From: an uncultured Candidatus Saccharibacteria bacterium
GTDB lineage: Bacteria; Patescibacteriota; Minisyncoccia; Phycocordibacterales; PALSA-1337
Length of the DNA stretch: 64,000 nucleotides
Assembly (NCBI GenBank): GCA_964367745.1
Contig: CAYIYK010000003.1
Location: forward strand, 10,248 to 74,247
Direction of reading: 5' to 3'
Positions 57,496 through 64,000 of the stretch are shown in pieces. A program made the position numbers and the translations under genes. Under the pieces are notes generated by a model. That model made no database searches. It was not told where the DNA came from and saw nothing but the letters and a program-made list of their open reading frames with translations. Each line of letters starts with the position of its first letter. Positions within the stretch are counted from its first letter, which is position 1.

Positions 57496-57975
57496 TTAAG
57501 ACGCAGGGCAAGCTGTAGCATTTATTGCAAGAACAGTTGTAACTTGTCTTGAAGCGCCTGTATTATCTACACACCATCCAACTGGTGTACCACTCACTGA
57601 AGCCTTCAGCGGAGCCCAGATAACCCATGTTGCTGATGCATCGTGACATTGTGCAGTGTTCCAAGTTGAAGCAGTTCCATCAGCAAATACCGCAGCTGTT
57701 CCTCCGAAAGCGGCTTGAGCAGCCATTACACTGTCTCCAATAACATTAGCACCTGTTAACGCACATACGGCATCATAAACATTAGTTCCATTATCATAGA
57801 ACAATTCTGCCTCAGCTCTAGCACCTGCTAGGTTTGACTTTATAGCTGTATCAGCTCCCTTTGAACGTGCTGTGTTTAGTGAAGCCAAAACAACTGATGA
57901 CAATATACCGATAATAGCGATAACTACAAGCAACTCAATCAATGTAAAACCTTTTTGCAAATATGATTTCTTCAT
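57496..57975 (-). CDS. pilA: Type IV (class III signal peptide) major pilin
   Basis: MKKSYLQKGFTLIELLVVIAIIGILSSVVLASL is the prepilin leader (a G-F cleavage site, with Glu at +5). The C-terminal disulfide loop is CVDNTGASRQVTTVLAINATAC, followed by PAS-stop. The protein is Ala/Gly/Thr-rich. pilC, pilT and pilB lie upstream. Confidence 0.85.
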   Translation of the reverse strand: MKKSYLQKGFTLIELLVVIAIIGILSSVVLASLNTARSKGADTAIKSNLAGARAEAELFYDNGTNVYDAVCALTGANVIGDSVMAAQAAFGGTAAVFADGTASTWNTAQCHDASATWVIWAPLKASVSGTPVGWCVDNTGASRQVTTVLAINATACPAS

Positions 57976-58015
57976 AACGAAATAATTAACTTAATAAATA
58001 AAACTAATAATTCAA

Positions 58016-58044
58016 CTTATACACGTAAGTATATCAAACCTCAA
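58016..58044 (-). promoter_or_regulatory. Candidate sigma70-type promoter for pilA
   Basis: On the minus strand: TTGAGG, then 17 nt, then TATAAG, about 40 nt upstream of the pilA ATG. No sigma54-type GG-N10-GC element was found. Confidence 0.3.
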
Positions 58045-58085
58045 AAAAATAGCGCAATATCGTATGGGGATAAGTAGTTGATAAC

Positions 58086-59294
58086 TTATTGAGCACTTGC
58101 AACGTTGTATATAGGTATAAGAACTGAAGCAAGCAGTGTAGCAACACCAAGTCCCAAAAGGACGATCATAGCGGGTTCAATAAGATCGACTAGTGCATCT
58201 ACAGCAGTTACTACTTCTCTAGAGTAAAATCTCGACAAAGTCTTCAATATTGCACCGAGTTCTCCTGATTCTTCTCCCACTCTCATCATTTGAATCATAA
58301 TTCCGGGGATTTCACCGTTACCTGAAAGTGCTTCTGATACCGTCTTTCCTGCTTTTACTGAATCTACAGCATCAGAAAGTATTTTTTTATAAATACTATT
58401 GTTTATAACAGATGAAGTTAGTTCTAGTGAACGAATCATTGGAATTCCTGACATAAGCATAGTATTCATATTGTCAGAAAGTCTTGCCCAATATAGTTTC
58501 CTAAAAAGATTACTCATATAAGGGATACTAAGTTTGAATTGATCAAAAACGATTGTGCCACTTGGAGTTCTTATATATCTAATTAAAATAAATCCAAGCA
58601 CCACAACGATCGCAACAACAATAAAGCCTTTTTCTACCAAGAAATTACTTATACCCAGAACAACTTTTGTATATATTGGAATATCTTGTCCAGACTCAGT
58701 CAAAATTGTACTGATCTTTGGAATAACCATAGTGAACATAAGTATCATCACGGTTATAAATGTCATCATAACGAAAGCTGGATATATAAGAGCACTCTTG
58801 GCTTTTGAAACAAGTTCATATGTTCTATCTAGATAGTCAGCAAGGTAAGCAAAAGTCTCATTTAGTTTACCTGACTCTTCTCCTGCTTTTACCATACTTA
58901 CATAAAATTCTGAGAATACCTTTGGATGTTTCTCTAGAGCGCTTGATATCTGACTTCCCGCTTGTAGATCATCGGCGATCTGGATTAGCTTTGTACCCAA
59001 AACTTTATTATCACATTCAGCGCCTAAGAGTCTAAAGATTCTCAGAGCCGAAACCTGTGCTTCAAAAAGTGTTGCTAGTTGTCTTGAAAGTATAACTATC
59101 TCTTTATTTGACACTCTATCAAGAAAAGATAGGTTCATTGAAAGAAGTCCTCCCTTTTTATCTGCTTCATTTATAGAAGTAATAACCAGGCCTCTTCTTT
59201 GCAAAGAAGCAATAGCAATATCGACATTCGCAGCATCTATAGAGCCTTTTTGTTGTGTTCCCGCTTGATCTACTGATTGATAATTAAATAACAT
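58086..59294 (-). CDS. pilC: Type IV pilus inner-membrane platform protein (GspF/PilC family)
   Basis: 402 aa. It has two T2SS_F repeats (LATLFEAQVSALRIFRLL...; LSRFYSREVVTAVDALVDLIEPAMIVLLGLGVATLLASVLIPIY) and 3 TM segments. Confidence 0.9.
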   Translation of the reverse strand: MLFNYQSVDQAGTQQKGSIDAANVDIAIASLQRRGLVITSINEADKKGGLLSMNLSFLDRVSNKEIVILSRQLATLFEAQVSALRIFRLLGAECDNKVLGTKLIQIADDLQAGSQISSALEKHPKVFSEFYVSMVKAGEESGKLNETFAYLADYLDRTYELVSKAKSALIYPAFVMMTFITVMILMFTMVIPKISTILTESGQDIPIYTKVVLGISNFLVEKGFIVVAIVVVLGFILIRYIRTPSGTIVFDQFKLSIPYMSNLFRKLYWARLSDNMNTMLMSGIPMIRSLELTSSVINNSIYKKILSDAVDSVKAGKTVSEALSGNGEIPGIMIQMMRVGEESGELGAILKTLSRFYSREVVTAVDALVDLIEPAMIVLLGLGVATLLASVLIPIYNVASAQ

Positions 59295-59302
59295 ATAAAA
59301 TA

Positions 59303-60361
59303 TTATATCATTCTCTCAAGATTTTTTGGATTCGCAGAATTTATATAAGCATTTTCAGGACTAATCTCACCTCTTCTTACAAGTTCTGCCAAAGAACGAT
59401 TCATATCGATCATACCTTCTGCAGAACTAGTCTCTATAACAGTATTTATTTCATGTATTCTTTTTTCTCGGATTAGGTTTGCAACCGCAGAATTGTTTAT
59501 CAGAAGTTCATATGCTGGTATAAGTCCTCCTGAAATTCTAGGAATCAATCTTTGAGAGAAAATACCTGTCATACTTCCTGCAAGTTGAACTCTAATTTGA
59601 TCTTGTTGAGAGGCTGGAAAAGAGTCGATGATACGGTTTATAGTCTGAGAAGCAGTATTTGTGTGTAGTGTTGAGAATACCAAGTGACCTGTTTCAGCAG
59701 CAGTAACCGCTGTAGATATAGTCTCTGGATCTCGCATCTCGCCCACCAAAGCAACGTCTATATCTTCTCGAAACATTGCGATCAAAGCATTCTTAAAGTC
59801 TGGAGTATCTATTCTGACCTCTCTTTGATCTATAATAGATTTCTTTGATTCATAAATATATTCAATAGGATCCTCTATCGTCATAATGTGCTCATTTCTA
59901 GTTTGATTTATTATTTCAATTAAAGAAGCCAAGGTTGTACTTTTTCCTTGTCCGATCGGTCCTACGCAAAGGAAGAATCCTTGTTGTTTTCTAGTAAAAG
60001 ATTCAAGAATTGGTGGAAGATTCAACTCTGTAAGAGTCTTTATTTGTTTTGGAATAAGTCTAAGGGCAATAGAGATGAGGCTTTGTCTATAATACGCATT
60101 TCCTCGGAATCTTGCATTGGTCAAACTATAAGAAAAGTCTACGTCTTTGTCTTTATCAAAAAGTTCTTTATTTTCATCAGAAAGAAAAGTATTTATATAA
60201 CCTTTCATATCTGCAGCGGTGATTATAGGTTTTTTTGCAAGAGGTATAAGGCTTCCAGATACTCGAATAAGTGGGTGTCTACCTTCAGAAAGATGAAGGT
60301 CTGATGCACCCTCGTTTATCACGGTTGTAACAAGTTCTTCTATATCCCTTTTATAATCCAT
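59303..60361 (-). CDS. pilT: Type IV pilus retraction ATPase
   Basis: 352 aa. GFFLCVGPIGQGKSTTLASLIEIIN (Walker A), HIMTIEDPIEYIY, VALVGEMRD, and the His box FSTLHTN. Confidence 0.9.
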   Translation of the reverse strand: MDYKRDIEELVTTVINEGASDLHLSEGRHPLIRVSGSLIPLAKKPIITAADMKGYINTFLSDENKELFDKDKDVDFSYSLTNARFRGNAYYRQSLISIALRLIPKQIKTLTELNLPPILESFTRKQQGFFLCVGPIGQGKSTTLASLIEIINQTRNEHIMTIEDPIEYIYESKKSIIDQREVRIDTPDFKNALIAMFREDIDVALVGEMRDPETISTAVTAAETGHLVFSTLHTNTASQTINRIIDSFPASQQDQIRVQLAGSMTGIFSQRLIPRISGGLIPAYELLINNSAVANLIREKRIHEINTVIETSSAEGMIDMNRSLAELVRRGEISPENAYINSANPKNLERMI

Positions 60362-60381
60362 ATAATTTAATTATGAAAAAA

Positions 60382-60768
60382 CTATTTTTTAATATTTGAA
60401 CAAATCTTCTCAACTTCAGACATAACTTCAGAAGGAATTGTGGTTGCTTTTATTATATAACCATCAACATTCAAAGCTTTTGCTCTAGCAATATCATCAG
60501 GAAGACCTTGATTTGTTAGCATGATTATAACTGATTTCTTTACCAAACCTTCTTTTCTTAGATTTGAAAGTAATTCGATACCATCCATTCCTGGCATAAC
60601 AATATCTAAAAGTAGAATATCAGGTTCCAATCCATCTCTTATTAACTTCAACGCTTCTTCTGTATCTGCTGATGTGTGGACGATAAAATCATTCTTTGAA
60701 AACTTCAGAGAATACATATCGAGTAGAAACTTGTCATCATCTACAAAAAGTATTGAGCGTTGTTTCAT
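60382..60768 (-). CDS. Single-domain response-regulator receiver (CheY/PilH-like)
   Basis: 128 aa. ILFVDDD...DILLLDIVMPGMDGIELL...VIIMLTNQG...GYIIKA. Confidence 0.7.
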   Translation of the reverse strand: MKQRSILFVDDDKFLLDMYSLKFSKNDFIVHTSADTEEALKLIRDGLEPDILLLDIVMPGMDGIELLSNLRKEGLVKKSVIIMLTNQGLPDDIARAKALNVDGYIIKATTIPSEVMSEVEKICSNIKK

Positions 60769-60791
60769 AGATATATTATATCATAGTTAAA

Positions 60792-62507
60792 TTAAAGCTT
60801 ATTCACTTCTTCAAACGGTATTTTCTTTTCAAATGCTTTTAGCATTGCATCTTCTTTCATCGTAATCATCCCCTTTTGTCTCAACAATCTACTTATCTCC
60901 AATTCAGTCGGGCTTTTCAAAATAACATTTTCTATCTCTTTATCCATTTTAAATATTTCAAATATTGCCATACGTCCTCTAGTACCCTTTGGACAATCTG
61001 GAGTCGGCTCTATTCCATAAACTGTATCTGAAAAAGGTATTTCTTTTTTATATTGTTCTGGAAGATCTGAGAATTGCTTATCGATCATCATTTTTATACT
61101 TCCTTCAACCGGTATTGGTTTACCAGCACCTGGAGGGAAAGTTGAAACAAGTCTTTGGGCAATAGCTAGGATAAGAGTCGGAGCAATAAGGTATGGATCT
61201 ACTCCCATGTCTATCAGACGAGGAATAACACCAGCAGAGTTGTTAGTGTGTAGTGTTGAGAATACCAAGTGACCAGTAAGCGCTGCTTGCACAGCAAGCT
61301 GCGCAGTCTCTTTGTCTCGGATCTCTCCCACCATGATTATATCCGGGTCTTGTCTAAGAGTTGTTCTAAGTCCTGATGCAAAAGTATAACCAATTTCAGG
61401 GTGTACTTGTGATTGACTCACGCCGTCCATATTGTATTCAATAGGATCTTCGAGAGAAAGAACGTTCATACTCTCTCTATCAACTTCGTTTAGCATAGAA
61501 TAAAGTGTTGTAGATTTTCCTGAACCTGTCGGACCTGTGATTAGAATAAGTCCATAAGGTCTTGTAATTGCATCTTTTATATAAGCGAGGTTTTTCGGGG
61601 TTAGACTCATATCGTCTATCTTTTTTACTCCCTTTTCCTGATCGAGGATACGCATCACAACCTTCTCACCATAATATGCCGGGAAAGTTGAAACTCGGAA
61701 GTCGATTTTTCTTCCATCAATACGCGCAGAGAATCTACCGTCTTGAGGTTTTCTCTTTTCATCAAGCTTCATATTACATAAAACTTTAATACGAGCCACA
61801 ACAGCATTGTGCACTTGTGGAGGCAGAACTAGACTGGTATTTAGAGTACCGTCCACACGGAATCGGACACGAACCTTATCTCTCATATGTTCGATATGAA
61901 CGTCGGAAGCATTACCTTCTGTAGCGTATCGAACTATAGTAGCTACGATCTTTATAACTGGAGCATCTTCTATAATAACTGCATCACTTTTCTTTTCAGA
62001 CTTATTTTGTGCCAAATCTAGAGTTGCAGCTTTGTCTACAGATAGTACAGATTCAAGTTCAGTAAGAGCCTTTGATACTTCTCCACCAATTCCTTTGTAT
62101 GATTCAATTACTTTTTGGAAATCATCTATAGTGATAAGAAAAACTTTGTATGGAATATTTTTCTTTGAGGCAATGAAGTTTAGAGCATCTCTAGCTTCGA
62201 TATTGTCTGGGTCTACAATTCCAACCTCGAGTGTACTGTCATGAATTCCAACTGGTACGAATTTATAATGTTTCGCTGATTCTTCTGGAATATAATCCAA
62301 TGCTTCAAAAGGAACCATAGTATCCCCTAGGGCTTTTACAGGAATATTCAGGAACTCTCCTCTTGCAGTGAGAATATCTTCAGGTCTTATACCCTTTTCA
62401 ATTAAAATTTGATCCAAAGCCTCACCCTTTGCAGCGAGTTTTTTTATTTCTGCAACATCATCTTTGGTTATAAGATTTTTATTTAATAAAATATCAACAA
62501 TACTCAT
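60792..62507 (-). CDS. pilB: Type IV pilus assembly/extension ATPase (GspE/PilB family) with an N-terminal T2SSE_N domain
   Basis: 571 aa. GLILITGPTGSGKSTTLYSML, LSLEDPIEY, VGEIRDKETAQLAVQAALTGHLVFSTLHTN, and a tetracysteine-like region (CPKGTRGR...). Confidence 0.9.
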   Translation of the reverse strand: MSIVDILLNKNLITKDDVAEIKKLAAKGEALDQILIEKGIRPEDILTARGEFLNIPVKALGDTMVPFEALDYIPEESAKHYKFVPVGIHDSTLEVGIVDPDNIEARDALNFIASKKNIPYKVFLITIDDFQKVIESYKGIGGEVSKALTELESVLSVDKAATLDLAQNKSEKKSDAVIIEDAPVIKIVATIVRYATEGNASDVHIEHMRDKVRVRFRVDGTLNTSLVLPPQVHNAVVARIKVLCNMKLDEKRKPQDGRFSARIDGRKIDFRVSTFPAYYGEKVVMRILDQEKGVKKIDDMSLTPKNLAYIKDAITRPYGLILITGPTGSGKSTTLYSMLNEVDRESMNVLSLEDPIEYNMDGVSQSQVHPEIGYTFASGLRTTLRQDPDIIMVGEIRDKETAQLAVQAALTGHLVFSTLHTNNSAGVIPRLIDMGVDPYLIAPTLILAIAQRLVSTFPPGAGKPIPVEGSIKMMIDKQFSDLPEQYKKEIPFSDTVYGIEPTPDCPKGTRGRMAIFEIFKMDKEIENVILKSPTELEISRLLRQKGMITMKEDAMLKAFEKKIPFEEVNKL

Positions 62508-62512
62508 AAAAT

Positions 62513-62878
62513 TTAATTTGAACCTTTAGGAAGCTTAACTGGATTAACCGCAGGAACTGCAGAACCACCGATTGGAGCAAAAGGGTTTGGTCGTCCAACA
62601 TTCTGTTCTGGAATAGTTATTGTATAGTCGACAAGAGAATTATACACCGGAGACTTAAATATTTCTCCATCAATTTTAAGTGAATTTATTGTATTCAAAA
62701 GCATCAATACTCTTGTAGCTGCGGCTTGTGCACCAACTGAAGCTACAGTACTTGAGGTCGTCAATGAAGAACCTGTATCAGTAGGTGTTCCTTTATAATA
62801 AAAATAAATTCCAAGTGATACTAATACTATTAGTATCAAAGCTATGAATGTTCCTTTTGATGGTGATTGTTGTTGCAT
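62513..62878 (-). CDS. Small membrane-anchored protein in the pilus operon (PilP-like position), uncharacterised
   Basis: 121 aa with an N-terminal TM and a Ser/Thr-rich linker. It lies between pilO-like and pilB on the same strand. Confidence 0.3.
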   Translation of the reverse strand: MQQQSPSKGTFIALILIVLVSLGIYFYYKGTPTDTGSSLTTSSTVASVGAQAAATRVLMLLNTINSLKIDGEIFKSPVYNSLVDYTITIPEQNVGRPNPFAPIGGSAVPAVNPVKLPKGSN

Positions 62879-62882
62879 AATA

Positions 62883-63458
62883 TTATTGTTTTAACCAAAA
62901 TGTTTTAACTTCAACACTGTAATCATACACCCCAGTTTCATTTGATTTAATTGTAATTTTTGAAATCTCAATAATTCTTAGACTTGCTTCGATATCTTTT
63001 AGAAAATTTAAGAAATTCTGATAGTTACTAGAAACATCGAAGTTCAAAGTAACAGTACTGTAACTACCTTGTTTTGGTGCTGAAACCCCCATACCTTGCC
63101 CCATAGCTGTATCAACTACTGGTTCAGAAGCGTCTTTTGGTGTGGTGGTCTTCACATTCTTCATTACAATACCGTGCCTTGCAGCGACACCACTTACATC
63201 AATTATAAGTCTTACATTGTCTACATTGTCTGGCAAAATCTTCTCCAGTCTTTCTTGATCATCCTGACTTATCTTATTGTAATTATCCCTAACAGTGTCT
63301 CTTACCTTTACCAGTTTCTCTGAATTCTTAAGAGCTTGTTCATATTGTGCATTTACCTGTCTAATAGCCTGCAATTCATCGATTTTTGCACGAGTAAAAG
63401 TAAAATAAATTCCGACTGACAAAACTATGAGGATGAGAGGTGTGAGGTTTTTGTTCAT
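62883..63458 (-). CDS. pilO: PilO-like type IV pilus alignment-subcomplex protein
   Basis: 191 aa. N-terminal TM, then a coiled coil (ELQAIRQVNAQYEQALKNSEKLVKVRD), then a C-terminal ferredoxin-like domain. Its position is right after pilN-like. Confidence 0.5.
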   Translation of the reverse strand: MNKNLTPLILIVLSVGIYFTFTRAKIDELQAIRQVNAQYEQALKNSEKLVKVRDTVRDNYNKISQDDQERLEKILPDNVDNVRLIIDVSGVAARHGIVMKNVKTTTPKDASEPVVDTAMGQGMGVSAPKQGSYSTVTLNFDVSSNYQNFLNFLKDIEASLRIIEISKITIKSNETGVYDYSVEVKTFWLKQ

Positions 63459-63459
63459 A

Positions 63460-63996
63460 TTATTGTGTAGGATTATTTGGTGTCACACCTCCAGTTAACA
63501 CTTTTTCATAATAAATATCATTTGGATCAAAACTTGCAGTCATAGTAAAACCAACATTCCCTTTTTCATCAAGTATTAAATCTCCCAAGACTGGATTTTT
63601 AACTATTTTGTTTTTCCCGTATTTTATAGATTGACCCAAAACGTCAGACTGCCAAGCAATTGAACTGAAACTATTTCCAACCCCTCTCACTGTTATACGA
63701 GCTGAATCACCTGTAGCAACTGGTGAAGTGAATTCAAAATTATCAAAACGGATACCTTCGGTAGTAAGACTATTAACAATATCAAAAACTTCAGAAACCG
63801 CGACATGCTTCTTTAATAATTGGTTTGCAAGATCAATCTTCGTATTTGCTTTCTTTAGCTTTTCAATCAAACCAATATCAAATCTTTTTTCTGCTTTTTC
63901 TAATTCAACTTGGTATGAAGCCTGTTGCTTCGTCAAAACATCTTTCCAAAAAAAAGTAAAACCTGCACCTGCAAGAGATAGTATAAAAATGATCAC
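63460..63996 (-). CDS. pilN: PilN-like type IV pilus alignment-subcomplex protein. The N-terminus may extend beyond the window.
   Basis: An N-terminal TM (IIFILSLAGAGFTFF) and a coiled coil (QQASYQVELEKAEKRFD...), with a size and position typical of PilN. The ORF begins 4 nt from the window end. Confidence 0.5.
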   Translation of the reverse strand: MIIFILSLAGAGFTFFWKDVLTKQQASYQVELEKAEKRFDIGLIEKLKKANTKIDLANQLLKKHVAVSEVFDIVNSLTTEGIRFDNFEFTSPVATGDSARITVRGVGNSFSSIAWQSDVLGQSIKYGKNKIVKNPVLGDLILDEKGNVGFTMTASFDPNDIYYEKVLTGGVTPNNPTQ

Positions 63997-64000
63997 AGAT

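Noticed and set aside
57976-58085. I looked for a sigma54 (-24 GG / -12 GC) promoter upstream of pilA, as found for many type IV pilin genes.
   Set aside because: No TGGCAC-N5-TTGC-like element is present. Only a sigma70-like TTGAGG-17-TATAAG was found, and it is reported as a low-confidence feature.

Overview
This is a low-GC (about 30%), tightly packed bacterial window. Coding density is very high, there are no mobile-element genes and no CRISPR array; the gene content resembles a reduced-genome (Patescibacteria/CPR-like) organism, but that placement is only an impression. 1-20 kb is housekeeping: a class I ribonucleotide reductase operon (nrdA with the start of nrdB at the window edge), DUF192, a LemA/TPM-domain pair, groES-groEL, secG, a family-5 solute-binding protein, RNase J, an MFS transporter, enolase, phosphoglycerate mutase and a DedA-PAP2 fusion. 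20-57 kb is a very large surface-glycan locus. It opens with an orphan OmpR-type regulator and an O-antigen-ligase-like (Wzy_C) + TPR membrane protein. Next comes a complete CMP-sialic-acid module: a NeuB-NeuA fusion plus NeuC, and a methyltransferase with anomalous ~50% GC sits between them. Further in are three paralogous Zn-ribbon SAM methyltransferases alternating with three paralogous TagF-like/'HP-motif' GT-B proteins, and a PhyH-like dioxygenase. A GT9, a Wzx-like flippase, and a GtrA / Dpm1-like GT2 / 2x GT-C (PMT/ArnT-like) polyprenol-phosphate-sugar module follow. The locus continues with TylF-like and other methyltransferases, two oxidoreductases, further GT2/GT4 transferases, and a soluble VirD4/TraD-like ATPase with a Pro/Gln/His-rich tail. 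55.9-64 kb is the type IV pilus operon on the same strand and directly contiguous with the glycan locus: pilN-pilO-x-pilB-receiver-pilT-pilC-pilA. The pilin ends in ...CPAS (a C-terminal Ser after the disulfide loop). It is followed by a perfect 15-bp hairpin that sequesters the start codon of a ~520-aa polytopic membrane protein, in the position that tfpO/pilO (the pilin O-oligosaccharyltransferase) holds next to group-I pilins. My main hypothesis is that this is a previously undescribed type IV pilin (or surface-protein) O-glycosylation island that supplies a methylated, sialic-acid-containing glycan. All calls come from reading the translated ORFs and the DNA by eye, with no searches run.
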